From IMG/VR virus record IMGVR_UViG_3300031787_000005: a stretch of 64,000 nucleotides of DNA; one strand, given 5' to 3'. Both the position numbers and the translations under genes were made by a program. Below, in pieces: positions 1 through 8,839 of the stretch. This DNA comes from a virus. Under the pieces are notes generated by a model. The model did not search any database. It saw only the letters and a program-made list of their open reading frames with translations, and was not told where the DNA came from. Numbering within the stretch: the first letter of the stretch is position 1; every line of letters begins with the position of its first letter.

Positions 1-428
1 ACCACACAACCAGGATAAAGTGTGCCGAGGAAAGCATTCGCCAGTTTCTTATCTCGTTCTGCTCTCCAGATCAGATTATGAAGTACAGGTAGACCACGCT
101 TACGCAGTTTCCTAATAGTATCATCCAGACTCAGATCGAGTTTCTTCTCTTGTTCTTCCTTAAATTCAAGGAACTCTGGACTTACAGACTTCTCCTCATC
201 AACATAACCAACAGGAAGAGTTGTCCAGTTACCAGTATACAATGGATTCTGATCTCCAGTATCAGGATCCACAACCAAAGGATTGAAATAAGGAAGCGAC
301 CAGTGTGCTGCCATACCAGCAAAATGAGTCAGTTCAATATAAAGTTTATCAAAGTTTTCAATCAATGAAGCACAGATAGGTTCCTTTCCTTGCTTCAGTT
401 TAAAATCCCAAAATGCAGGTTCTGTCAT
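1..428 (-). CDS. Asp/Asn beta-hydroxylase-family (2OG-Fe(II)) oxygenase, C-terminus beyond window start
   Basis: Hand translation from ATG at 428 (RBS GGAG upstream): MTEPAFWDFK...GNWTTLPV...LANAFLGTLYPGCV; open to position 1; 'F..L.PG' precedes the HxD motif in this family; absent from ORF track because truncated. Confidence 0.6.
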   Translation of the reverse strand, partial: MTEPAFWDFKLKQGKEPICASLIENFDKLYIELTHFAGMAAHWSLPYFNPLVVDPDTGDQNPLYTGNWTTLPVGYVDEEKSVSPEFLEFKEEQEKKLDLSLDDTIRKLRKRGLPVLHNLIWRAERDKKLANAFLGTLYPGCV

Positions 429-455
429 ACTTAAATCTCCACTTGTAGTATTATA

Positions 456-1646
456 TCACACTTCGATGACTTGACTGATACACTTACCACCAAAGGCAAA
501 TGAATTGTTGAGAGTGCGAAGTGTTCGGTTTGGTAGTTCTAGATTCTCCTTGACAAGACATTCTTTTCTGTCAAGTGAACATTTATTTAGGTTCTGGATG
601 TGAGGGATGACTCTGTTCTTCATCGACTCAATTGCATAGATTGTTTCAAGAATACTAGCAGCGCCGATTGTATGCCCAATCTTACTCTTTGGTGCATAGA
701 TTGGAGTCTTATCAAGAACATCCGTGATTGCCATATATTCAATCGGATCACCAATGAATGTGGAGGTTGCATGACCCGATACAGCATCAATGATCATGGG
801 CATAGGACTATGCATATCAGCGTTCTTCAGCGCCTTTGTAATCGCTATCTTGGCGCCTCTGGCATCAGGTGCTGGAGCAGTCATATCCAGGGCATCAGAC
901 GCCATTCCAGCGGGGTATAGAGTGGCGTGAATGGTGCTACCATACTCCTTTGCCTTCTGACTGGATTGTAGGATCAGGCATCCAGCACCATCACCCATCA
1001 TGAAACCTTCACGCTTGTCATCAAATGGGCAGTTATAGTTTCCAAGGGCACCAAGTGCCTGAAAATATAACATCAGTTCCACGTTCACATTATAGTCAGA
1101 CGATCCAACCACAACATATTCATATTCATCACACAGGCGTTGAGCATACTCCATGGTAAACATTGAGGTTGCACATGATGCCAACATGGAAACAGATGCT
1201 CCCATGAATCCATAATGTCCACACAGGTGAGATGGAATCATATCAGGCAGAATGTTTACCAGTTTCCGCAGATTGATTCGCTTGTTATTATACAAATCAT
1301 TTACAATCTTGTTACCTGCCTCATAGGAATTAGAAGCAGATGAAAAGATCACGGCAACTTCCTGCTGTGGTTTCAGACCAGACATCTTAAGTGCCTGCTC
1401 TACAACATGGAATGCAAGAAGTTGTGACCTTGTGTAGGTTCGCATCAATTTGGGATCAAGATCTGGCAGTTGTAGAGTTTCATAGTCTACCATCAGACCC
1501 CTGGTGATCTTTTCACCCCGTTCAATCATGGGATGAAAATCCACAGAATAATCTACATCATCCAAAAACCTTGGAAAACAATCGCTAGGATTGTTACCCA
1601 AAGCGTCAATCATTCCATAACCAACAACATGGACTGGATTAACCAT
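456..1646 (-). CDS. fabF: Beta-ketoacyl-ACP synthase II (FabF/KAS-like)
   Basis: 396 aa; VVGYGMIDALG N-terminus, catalytic Cys in ASCATS, His in SGHATST and KSKIGHTIGAAS, PFD..REGF..GDGAG, C-terminal NNSFAFGG. Confidence 0.92.
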   Translation of the reverse strand: MVNPVHVVGYGMIDALGNNPSDCFPRFLDDVDYSVDFHPMIERGEKITRGLMVDYETLQLPDLDPKLMRTYTRSQLLAFHVVEQALKMSGLKPQQEVAVIFSSASNSYEAGNKIVNDLYNNKRINLRKLVNILPDMIPSHLCGHYGFMGASVSMLASCATSMFTMEYAQRLCDEYEYVVVGSSDYNVNVELMLYFQALGALGNYNCPFDDKREGFMMGDGAGCLILQSSQKAKEYGSTIHATLYPAGMASDALDMTAPAPDARGAKIAITKALKNADMHSPMPMIIDAVSGHATSTFIGDPIEYMAITDVLDKTPIYAPKSKIGHTIGAASILETIYAIESMKNRVIPHIQNLNKCSLDRKECLVKENLELPNRTLRTLNNSFAFGGKCISQVIEV

Positions 1647-1882
1647 TACTCGTCATCTCCACGATTAAAAAATGTACCAAAGAAACCAGAATCACCTGGT
1701 TTTCGGTTTTCGAGTTTGTCAAGCAAGGAATCTGTAGTCTGTAGAGATTCAATACGACTGATTAGATCAGCGATCACACTACAAACCATCGGACGCTCTT
1801 GACGTGCAGCATATGCTAATGCATTTCGCAGAGATTGCTCTGCTTCCTTTAACGATTCTTCAACAGATTGTGATAGTGCCAT
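1646..1882 (-). CDS. Conserved cyanophage hypothetical protein
   Basis: 78 aa, MALSQSVEESLKEAEQSLRNALAYAARQE; abuts fabF start. Confidence 0.75.
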   Translation of the reverse strand: MALSQSVEESLKEAEQSLRNALAYAARQERPMVCSVIADLISRIESLQTTDSLLDKLENRKPGDSGFFGTFFNRGDDE

Positions 1883-2094
1883 ACTTCAGGGTTCTCCAAG
1901 TCTTTACAACGGGGGTAGAAAATGCCATCACGATAGCAGGCATTTTCGGGGTCTTGTGGATCATATTTTGTCACTTTTGCTGGATAATCTCTAATATTAC
2001 AGAGTTCTCCTTGTCTGTGTAGGTAATTATCAAGGCATAAACCGCCAACAAATGGAGCAAGACCTTGTAGCATATAGAGTGTATACATCAGCAC
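1849..2094 (-). CDS. Hypothetical protein
   Basis: ORF track; in contiguous minus-strand gene chain. Confidence 0.65.
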   Translation of the reverse strand: MLMYTLYMLQGLAPFVGGLCLDNYLHRQGELCNIRDYPAKVTKYDPQDPENACYRDGIFYPRCKDLENPEVWHYHNLLKNR

Positions 2095-2717
2095 TCATCA
2101 GATCCAAGTGGTTTAGTAGATTTACGAATGGTATAAGAACCATCGTTGTTATCAATCCAATGGACTGCATCACCTTCTTTGAGGTCTGCTGCTTCTAACA
2201 AGTCTTGTGGGAATGAAACAAAGTATTCTGTTTCATCAGTATCCATATCCTTTGCTTCTTGAACAGGAAGAATCCATCGGGTCACAACATCTTTTTTGAC
2301 TTCTGGTGTCCATTCATATCCACCTGCTTTACGGATTTCTTCTACTTGAGCATCAAGTTCTGCTTTATCACACATCGCATCAAGTTCTTCATCAGTATAT
2401 CGCACACTACTTACAGTCGTGCCCCAATCTTGAGAAAGATACTCTAAGTCACTATGTCCCCAAGGAGGCATACAATCTTCTTCTAATTTTTTATTTTCTT
2501 TTACTACAGTTTCCTGCCAAGCAAGTTTAAACTTCTCATCAAACTCGCTCAGATAATACTCAAGAAACTCATACGCAGCAGACATCATAGTTTCTGCTTT
2601 ATCATACTGATGTTCTTGAATTTTATCGATCGCAGCGTCAATAATCTCACGAGCGGAACAAATCTTGGATGTTACCATCTCAAGATCGTTCATTGTGTCC
2701 CATACTTTACTTACCAT
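2088..2717 (-). CDS. Protein with C-terminal AbrB/MazE (SpoVT)-like domain
   Basis: C-terminus YFVSFPQDLLEAADLKEGDAVHWIDNNDGSYTIRK fits AbrB pattern; start moved to MVSKVW (2717), downstream of sigma70 promoter. Confidence 0.65.
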   Translation of the reverse strand: MVSKVWDTMNDLEMVTSKICSAREIIDAAIDKIQEHQYDKAETMMSAAYEFLEYYLSEFDEKFKLAWQETVVKENKKLEEDCMPPWGHSDLEYLSQDWGTTVSSVRYTDEELDAMCDKAELDAQVEEIRKAGGYEWTPEVKKDVVTRWILPVQEAKDMDTDETEYFVSFPQDLLEAADLKEGDAVHWIDNNDGSYTIRKSTKPLGSDEC

Positions 2718-2874
2718 GACGTTTGAGTTCTTCTTCAATTGCTTGCTGTACTATAACTGAAACTTCTTTGGATGTCAACCCATTCAACCATTTCCAGTTT
2801 GGGTCTTCTGGATCCCAGTCCATTGTGAACGACCCATCCTCATTCTGTGTTATCTTAAGACTATCAGCAGTCAT
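2707..2874 (-). CDS. Small hypothetical protein (55 aa)
   Basis: Hand translation MTADSLKITQNEDGSFTMDWDPEDPNWKWLNGLTSKEV...; fills gap in gene chain. Confidence 0.7.
   Translation of the reverse strand: MTADSLKITQNEDGSFTMDWDPEDPNWKWLNGLTSKEVSVIVQQAIEEELKRHGK
2750..2778 (-). promoter_or_regulatory. sigma70-type promoter
   Basis: TTGACA-N17-TATAGT on minus strand. Confidence 0.75.
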
Positions 2875-3049
2875 CGCAGTCAGTATCCTTGTGTTTCTTA
2901 CGAATTTTTTTAAGTTGTTTGAGTTCTTCCTTAATCATTTTATAAGCAGCATCACTATCAATCTTATCACCTATTTCTAGAGCAACAATAATGTCCACAC
3001 GAGTTCCAAAATGTGCTAGTGCTTTTTCAAAACAATCTAGATCATACAT
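2864..3049 (-). CDS. Hypothetical protein
   Basis: ORF track 61 aa, overlaps neighbours. Confidence 0.7.
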   Translation of the reverse strand: MYDLDCFEKALAHFGTRVDIIVALEIGDKIDSDAAYKMIKEELKQLKKIRKKHKDTDCDDC

Positions 3050-3281
3050 TGTCTTTAGTCTCCTTAATCCATTGTTCTGCTGTCAAAATATCTATGCGAG
3101 CATCAACAGCATCAATAGAATTCATCAGTTCATACAAACAATTAGATGTTTCTACGTTTTCTGCTTCAAGTGCAGTAATTCTATCCTGAAGTTCAATCAA
3201 CTTTGAATAAGTGTCAATTTCTTCAACAATAAGTTTTTGTGAAGGAGCAAAAAACCAATCAACAAATCGCCTAATCATCAT
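3042..3281 (-). CDS. Hypothetical protein (coiled-coil)
   Basis: ORF track 79 aa. Confidence 0.7.
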   Translation of the reverse strand: MMIRRFVDWFFAPSQKLIVEEIDTYSKLIELQDRITALEAENVETSNCLYELMNSIDAVDARIDILTAEQWIKETKDNV

Positions 3282-3442
3282 AATACACCTACAGATTTTA
3301 GATAGTTACGATAACTCATATATCGTCTTATGCTTGGTTGATTCTTCACATCTAGTTGATGGCAAATTTCACAATAACACAACCACTCATACCAGGGTGT
3401 GGTAGGATCTAACTCATGATATGGGTAATCAGAGTTTTCCAC
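3278..3442 (-). CDS. Small hypothetical protein (54 aa, GTG start)
   Basis: Hand translation ..DYPYHELDPTTPWYEWLCYCEICHQL..RYMSYRNYLKSVGVL; fills gap. Confidence 0.65.
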   Translation of the reverse strand: MENSDYPYHELDPTTPWYEWLCYCEICHQLDVKNQPSIRRYMSYRNYLKSVGVL

Positions 3443-3635
3443 CTACTTGCCCATCATAAGTTTTGGTTTCAGGCCAACCTTCCTGCCGTCCTTTAAGATA
3501 AAAACGGGTGCCTGATATACATGACTCTTCAGTGAGAGCCGTGACCAATCCTTTTCCTTCAAGGTCTGTTGAATCCCATAGTCCATACTTTTTTTTCTCA
3601 ACATAAAAGCAATCGTCAATTAGTTTCTTTTCCAT
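3429..3635 (-). CDS. Conserved cyanophage hypothetical protein
   Basis: ORF track 68 aa. Confidence 0.7.
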   Translation of the reverse strand: MEKKLIDDCFYVEKKKYGLWDSTDLEGKGLVTALTEESCISGTRFYLKGRQEGWPETKTYDGQVGGKL

Positions 3636-3783
3636 CTTTGTTTATGTAGGGATGAGGTGCATAAAGAGGACCAGGATAATTTCCAGCAAACTTTTGATAC
3701 GCTTTAAGTGCAGCAATTACCTCTGGGGTCTCCTCCCAGTTCCACTCATTACCATTTTTGTCAGTAAAAGTTCTTAAAGTCAT
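3616..3783 (-). CDS. Small hypothetical protein (55 aa)
   Basis: Hand translation MTLRTFTDKNGNEWNWEETPEV...; ATGA overlap with rfbB stop. Confidence 0.65.
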   Translation of the reverse strand: MTLRTFTDKNGNEWNWEETPEVIAALKAYQKFAGNYPGPLYAPHPYINKDGKETN

Positions 3784-4814
3784 AGAGTAATCCAGCGATT
3801 GTTTTTAAGTGTCCATTGAGTTACTTCTGCGATACGTTCTCTAACAGACTTAGAAGGAACCCATCCCAGTTGCTTCATTTTATCACCATCAAGGGCATAA
3901 CGCAAATCATGTCCAGGACGAGAAGAATGAAAATCTACCAAATCATACTTCAGTTCTTTTCCTTGGGCTTCGGCAATGATTTGTGCAAGTTCCAAGTTAT
4001 TGAGCTCTTCCGCTCCGACAATGTTAAACTTAGGACACTTAGCATTACCCCAAGTAGGTTCGAACTTACCCTCATAATTTAACAGAAATAGAACAGCAGA
4101 TGCGACATCTTCGGCATGAATGTAATGGCGAGAACCAGGAATCGTTCTGGTAGAATCACTATGAATCGTCACATTTTCACCATCACGAATCCGTTTGATG
4201 CACATCGGAATATACTTCTCAGGATGTTGACGCTCACCAAACACATTCATTGTGTGGGTGATGTAAATTGGAAGATTATATGTATTTTCATAAGCAACAG
4301 CAAGTTCTTCACCACCTGCCTTGGTTGCACTATAAGGATTAGTCGAATTATAACGATCATTCTCCTTATATTTGATTCCGTTTGGTGCAGGACCAAAAAC
4401 TTCATCAGTACCAAAATAGACAAATCGTTCCAGATTATCTTTCTGAAGACGTGCAAATTCAAGAATGTTACAGGTCGCAACAACATTATCCATGACAAAT
4501 TCCATGGGATAAAGAATGCTACGATCAACATGAGATCCAGCAGCAAGGTGTAGAATGTAATCTACATTACCAATCTCAGAGCGAACCAAAGGATTGAGTT
4601 CTGCCTTCAAATCATGGTGAACAATCTTCACACGCTTACGAACTTCAGGATCAAATGAAAGCATCAGATCGTGAAGACGATTTAGATTTCCACTATAATC
4701 AAGACGATCAAGTGTGATCACTTCCCAATCAGTTGTCTTGAGAATTTGTCCAATCAGATGGTGAGCAATGAAACCTGCACCACCAGTAATAAGTGCTCTT
4801 TTAGTCATAGTCAT
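3780..4814 (-). CDS. rfbB: dTDP-glucose 4,6-dehydratase (extended SDR)
   Basis: ITGGAGFIA NAD motif, HLAAGSHVDRSI, GTDEVFG, PYSATK (YxxxK), DRPGHDLRY-like RPGHDLRYA. Confidence 0.9.
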   Translation of the reverse strand: MTMTKRALITGGAGFIAHHLIGQILKTTDWEVITLDRLDYSGNLNRLHDLMLSFDPEVRKRVKIVHHDLKAELNPLVRSEIGNVDYILHLAAGSHVDRSILYPMEFVMDNVVATCNILEFARLQKDNLERFVYFGTDEVFGPAPNGIKYKENDRYNSTNPYSATKAGGEELAVAYENTYNLPIYITHTMNVFGERQHPEKYIPMCIKRIRDGENVTIHSDSTRTIPGSRHYIHAEDVASAVLFLLNYEGKFEPTWGNAKCPKFNIVGAEELNNLELAQIIAEAQGKELKYDLVDFHSSRPGHDLRYALDGDKMKQLGWVPSKSVRERIAEVTQWTLKNNRWITL

Positions 4815-4984
4815 TCTTCAAATTTGTAACTAAGTTTAATATCTTTTTTCTTTAGTTTGTAGCGATCAATGTGCTTTTGTCGGTGTGCTTCTGATTCAAA
4901 GTAACATTTGCGAGTCTCATTCCCTTCCTTATACACAAGTTTCCAAGGGAATCCGTCAAAGGGGAATTCTTCAGTGTGTTCCAT
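4811..4984 (-). CDS. Small hypothetical protein (57 aa)
   Basis: Hand translation MEHTEEFPFDGFPWKLVYKEGNETRKCYFESEAHRQKHIDRYKL... Confidence 0.65.
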   Translation of the reverse strand: MEHTEEFPFDGFPWKLVYKEGNETRKCYFESEAHRQKHIDRYKLKKKDIKLSYKFEE

Positions 4985-5142
4985 TAAGTTGGTTGTTCTC
5001 TCCGTTGAGTATACACTGAATCAAACAATTCGTCAAGCACTTCCCCACACTCAACATAAGTTTTAGGGTCATATGTACTCTGTTCTTGATAACGGCGAAC
5101 CGCAGTATAAATGAGTCTATATTGTTCAGATGTAAAGTCCAT
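4984..5142 (-). CDS. Small hypothetical protein (52 aa)
   Basis: Hand translation MDFTSEQYRLIYTAVRRYQ...; TAATG couplings on both sides. Confidence 0.65.
   Translation of the reverse strand: MDFTSEQYRLIYTAVRRYQEQSTYDPKTYVECGEVLDELFDSVYTQRREQPT
5008..5036 (-). promoter_or_regulatory. sigma70-type promoter
   Basis: TTGACG-N17-TATACT on minus strand, ahead of the rfbB unit. Confidence 0.7.
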
Positions 5143-5915
5143 TAGAAAAAAATCCTCCAAATACCATCACAAAGTAATCCATGTCCTTGCATTGTAATTC
5201 TCCTTTCATTTTCTTCAAGAGATATGAAAGGTGCAATCTGATGAAGCAATACTCCTTTAAAGAAGAAAGATTCTCCAAGATTATATGATACCACACTATC
5301 TGGTGGTCTATGATTTAGATACTCTTGATAGTGACTTAAACCCCTGACATAATCAGATAGTTCTTTATTCGTATCATATTGTTTTAGTACAGATTCATCC
5401 CATATTGCTAATCCACTACCACATTTAGGAGATTCAAGAAGCAATGTCCAGGTTAATGAATTATGAATTGTTACATCCTTGAATTTTGCCCATACCATCC
5501 TTGCTTTTTGATGTGCATATGGTCTATCCTCATGAATTTTAAATAAAGGTTTTTGACTCAACTTCATTGTGAGTTTATTATTTAATTGTCCAGGAGGGTG
5601 CCCAAGTACATGAAACCCAGGATGACCAAGATCATCTATAATTTCACATGGTCCTATCTGCTCAGTAAGTTTTTCAATGACAAGATCATAAATCCATTCG
5701 AAATTCTTTTTCAAAATTGGATTCATTTTATTCATCTGGGCAGTATATCTTTCAGAATGAGTCATTCCTTCTTGATAACTGGTGGACCCTATGGTATAAA
5801 AATCCCAGGGTTCTGGTTCTCTCCTGACCCAATATTCATAAAGGTCATCAACAATACCTACAGCAGTTTTACATTGTTCATCATTGAGAACTTTTATAAA
5901 TCCATGTCTTTTCAT
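5142..5915 (-). CDS. 2OG-Fe(II) oxygenase-like protein
   Basis: HxD (KIHEDR), distal His (LLHQIAP), RITMQGH 2OG-binding Arg region. Confidence 0.65.
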   Translation of the reverse strand: MKRHGFIKVLNDEQCKTAVGIVDDLYEYWVRREPEPWDFYTIGSTSYQEGMTHSERYTAQMNKMNPILKKNFEWIYDLVIEKLTEQIGPCEIIDDLGHPGFHVLGHPPGQLNNKLTMKLSQKPLFKIHEDRPYAHQKARMVWAKFKDVTIHNSLTWTLLLESPKCGSGLAIWDESVLKQYDTNKELSDYVRGLSHYQEYLNHRPPDSVVSYNLGESFFFKGVLLHQIAPFISLEENERRITMQGHGLLCDGIWRIFF

Positions 5916-6307
5916 CGACCAGTAATATCTGCATAGTCTTGAAGTTTACCATATCTAAAGTGTAATCTCAAGCGGGGCCAATCTTCCCACTTACCCTCCC
6001 ATTCAGCAGGATACACTTCGACATACTTGGTGATATGATGTGGTTGAAATTTGCCATGCTGACCAGTTGGAATCCATTCAAAGTTTAGAAACCTTGCTGT
6101 ATCATTATATCGCTCATCATCCTCTGAGATTGTCTCAAAGGTATGTGTGCCATTATAACTTGGATACCACAACTGACCACTGGGATCTAACCAGTAGTCA
6201 GTCATTGTACCACCAATACCCTCTTCGATGTCTTTGGTTTGGCACACTACATTAGTGAACTGCTTACCCAAATCATAGGATGATCTAAAATAATCAAACA
6301 TTCCCAT
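5912..6307 (-). CDS. Conserved phage hypothetical protein
   Basis: 131 aa MGMFDYFRSSY...CQTKDI. Confidence 0.75.
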   Translation of the reverse strand: MGMFDYFRSSYDLGKQFTNVVCQTKDIEEGIGGTMTDYWLDPSGQLWYPSYNGTHTFETISEDDERYNDTARFLNFEWIPTGQHGKFQPHHITKYVEVYPAEWEGKWEDWPRLRLHFRYGKLQDYADITGR

Positions 6308-6309
6308 TC

Positions 6310-6783
6310 TTATTCTCCAAGTGTATGAATGACTGGTTTTTCGTGTGCTAGAATATGATATAGATCTTTATTTTTTGCTGCTGATACTGGAACAAACTCC
6401 GTCTCTGGATCAAACTCATCATCACGAATGGCTTGATTGATGACAATAGAACCATCAGCACCAGAATATGAACGATGGAAAGTCATTTTAGGGATGACTA
6501 GAGCGCCTGAACTGCGATTTAAATGAACGATATGGTAAGGGTAACGCCATTCTGGATTGACAAGTTCAAATGTGCGAAGTCCAGATAGCACACGATTGTG
6601 GTCTATCTGGTGATAGTGAATATAAAATTGTTTGGCGCCTACAATATCATCTGGTGGTGAGATAGCAGCACCAGTATGACATACAAGGTCTTGTGCATTA
6701 GATCCATCTACTGAAATATCATAGAATACAACCGCTTCTGTTTCACGGAATACTCTGTGTTTTTTGAATTGAACTTCGCTCAT
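6310..6783 (-). CDS. Cupin-fold protein (RmlC/sugar epimerase-like)
   Basis: FYIHYHQIDHNRVLSG and LVIPKMTFHRS match the two cupin motifs. Confidence 0.6.
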   Translation of the reverse strand: MSEVQFKKHRVFRETEAVVFYDISVDGSNAQDLVCHTGAAISPPDDIVGAKQFYIHYHQIDHNRVLSGLRTFELVNPEWRYPYHIVHLNRSSGALVIPKMTFHRSYSGADGSIVINQAIRDDEFDPETEFVPVSAAKNKDLYHILAHEKPVIHTLGE

Positions 6784-6977
6784 TAGTCGTAAACGTTTTG
6801 CTCCTGTTGTATTCTATCTAGGTGATGGTAAATCGTCTCTTGAGAGTACTTAAATTCTTCAAATCTTTGTGGATTATTTTTCTGCATTTTGGTAAGCATA
6901 TTAATCCATTGATATCGACTATCAACGACCCAACCATAACGTCGTTCGTCTTGCATCATGTCGTAAATGGAAATCAT
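6783..6977 (-). CDS. Hypothetical protein
   Basis: ORF track; coupled to neighbours. Confidence 0.65.
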   Translation of the reverse strand: MISIYDMMQDERRYGWVVDSRYQWINMLTKMQKNNPQRFEEFKYSQETIYHHLDRIQQEQNVYD

Positions 6978-7177
6978 TGGAACCCCTTCGTTTTCTTTTT
7001 CTTCTGTGGAATGTCAAGAACTTCAATGTGACTTAAAAAACCAGATGGACTATTCCACCAAGTTAATTGAACATCTTCAAAGTTATCAAAAATAACTTCT
7101 TTACCATTTGTGGACACCAACTTATAGTGATGGCGATCATAAGGTTTATCACAAGTTTGTTTAAATGTTTCAGTCAT
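6974..7177 (-). CDS. Hypothetical protein
   Basis: ORF track 6974..7228; likely start MTETFKQ at 7177 overlapping upstream stop. Confidence 0.65.
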   Translation of the reverse strand: MTETFKQTCDKPYDRHHYKLVSTNGKEVIFDNFEDVQLTWWNSPSGFLSHIEVLDIPQKKKKTKGFQ

Positions 7178-7416
7178 TTTGGACAATGTAAAAAGTATTT
7201 GTATTCGGCAAGGGCACCATAATGCCATTGTACCACATCACAATCCTTATACTTACTCACAACATTGTAAGTGCCGTGATTGGGTTCAGGTTGTTCCACT
7301 TTTGTCTCTGGTTCTTTGACATCCAATGCTACACCCACCATATAAAATAGTGAGAGAGATGCCATACCCAATACTACTCCAAGTATCACGGCACGATAAT
7401 AATCAAAGTTTCTCAT
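7174..7416 (-). CDS. Small membrane-anchored protein
   Basis: N-terminal hydrophobic helix AVILGVVLGMASLSLFYMVGVAL. Confidence 0.7.
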   Translation of the reverse strand: MRNFDYYRAVILGVVLGMASLSLFYMVGVALDVKEPETKVEQPEPNHGTYNVVSKYKDCDVVQWHYGALAEYKYFLHCPK

Positions 7417-7586
7417 TGTTCTTTAACAACACAAGACGAAGTACATTTGAGATCACCAGAAGACCCAGACACTGTAGAATTATGTTGAGGTGTCCTCTCT
7501 GGTGTTAGATTATAGGACACAATCGCAGAAATGAAAAACGCAAGTGCGGGAATCGCAACATATTGAAGATAAGTTTTACTACTCAT
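7413..7586 (-). CDS. Small membrane-anchored protein (57 aa)
   Basis: Hand translation MSSKTYLQYVAIPALAFFISAIVSYNL... Confidence 0.6.
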   Translation of the reverse strand: MSSKTYLQYVAIPALAFFISAIVSYNLTPERTPQHNSTVSGSSGDLKCTSSCVVKEQ

Positions 7587-7783
7587 AATGCTTCTACCTC
7601 ATCAGCAATTTTATTTAATACATCAACAGGATGTTCCAACTCACCCCAATCGGTACAAAGTCGGTCTGCTGCTTCACGAATCACACGAGCAATCAACTTC
7701 TGTCTATCGCCACTTTTAGGACGCATAGAAAGTTCCATCGTTGATTCCAAGATTTGTAGGGCTCTGGTAGTCATTTTAATCAT
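7583..7783 (-). CDS. Hypothetical protein
   Basis: ORF track 66 aa. Confidence 0.65.
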   Translation of the reverse strand: MIKMTTRALQILESTMELSMRPKSGDRQKLIARVIREAADRLCTDWGELEHPVDVLNKIADEVEAL

Positions 7784-8117
7784 CCCAAGGTGCTTTACGA
7801 CTTAATACTCTGGCAATCTTTTTATCATACTCTGGTGGTTTGTTAATTGCTTCTACCAGTTTATCATATGCTTCTTCTGAAACATAAACAACTGGTGGTT
7901 TTTGACCTAATCTCAACTTACGTTCTGGTGAAGGAATGTGTCCATAAAATACATCATCATAAGGATAGATGTAGTCATCATACCATCCAGATGATAGTGC
8001 CTCCCAGAACTCATCATAACTATATTCATCACCTGCAATATAACAATCCCAGGCATACAGAAAGTCGTGGAAACCTTCAAGGAATAGTTCCCATTTTGTT
8101 GGGTTTTCAAATCTCAC
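7776..8117 (-). CDS. Hypothetical protein with DUF1778-like C-terminus
   Basis: VYVSEEAYDKLVEAINKPPEYDKKIARVLSRKAPW resembles DUF1778/TacA C-terminal pattern. Confidence 0.55.
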   Translation of the reverse strand: MRFENPTKWELFLEGFHDFLYAWDCYIAGDEYSYDEFWEALSSGWYDDYIYPYDDVFYGHIPSPERKLRLGQKPPVVYVSEEAYDKLVEAINKPPEYDKKIARVLSRKAPWDD

Positions 8118-8299
8118 GGGGTCTCATCACTCCAATAATAACGCAGTTTATCACTATCCGCAGAAATATTCAAGTGATAGATTTTATCATCTTCTGTATA
8201 AACACCAATCCAAAGTGTGCGTTCATTCATACTTTCAAGATGAAACATTTGAATGTCTTGAAGCACAATTTCGTCTGGATTTTCTTGAAATCTACTCAT
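8114..8299 (-). CDS. Hypothetical protein
   Basis: ORF track 61 aa. Confidence 0.7.
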   Translation of the reverse strand: MSRFQENPDEIVLQDIQMFHLESMNERTLWIGVYTEDDKIYHLNISADSDKLRYYWSDETP

Positions 8300-8664
8300 T
8301 TCAATACCTCCGTTACAGTTGCTTGACCATACTCTTCAATCTTCAAGAGTTCCATCACATAACCCTCAAAGTCAGTTTCATCCTTCTCATAGATGACGTG
8401 ACCATGATTATTATCACTCTCTGTGTGATTATCAAGGTAGTCACCAATCACCAGAAAGATTGCCGCAGTTCGTGCCTTATCGTGTTCTGTTAGGTGCTGA
8501 TGTGGATGTGCTACGATATTCATAATCGTGTTGAAGAGTTCTGCTCTGGTATAAGAGAACGCAGGTGCTTCTTCGTTCAGTTCATAAGGGTTTCTCATCT
8601 CAACCAACTCCATATGCTTCCAGAATAGCACGGGCAAGAGCAATAGCCAAGTCCTTCTGTTCAA
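8296..8664 (-). CDS. Hypothetical protein (true start probably further downstream, about 8613 or 8598)
   Basis: ORF track; N-terminus overlaps upstream gene. Confidence 0.6.
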   Translation of the reverse strand: MNRRTWLLLLPVLFWKHMELVEMRNPYELNEEAPAFSYTRAELFNTIMNIVAHPHQHLTEHDKARTAAIFLVIGDYLDNHTESDNNHGHVIYEKDETDFEGYVMELLKIEEYGQATVTEVLK

Positions 8665-8839
8665 TACTTATATCTTCACGAGCACCACCAGAACAAGAAG
8701 TAACGAAGATACCACCATTATCTACTGTGAGTTCTACTCGGTGAGTTTCATTCTCATCAGCAGGATTAGTCCAAGTAAAGACATCAATCTTACTGCGGAG
8801 CACATCAGTTCCAGGAAGTAAAGTGTAAAAATTACTCAT
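8600..8839 (-). CDS. Hypothetical protein
   Basis: ORF track 79 aa. Confidence 0.7.
   Translation of the reverse strand: MSNFYTLLPGTDVLRSKIDVFTWTNPADENETHRVELTVDNGGIFVTSCSGGAREDISIEQKDLAIALARAILEAYGVG

Noticed and set aside
450-480. sigma70 promoter for the first gene
   Set aside because: TATAAT is present but there is no -35 at 16-18 nt; not supported
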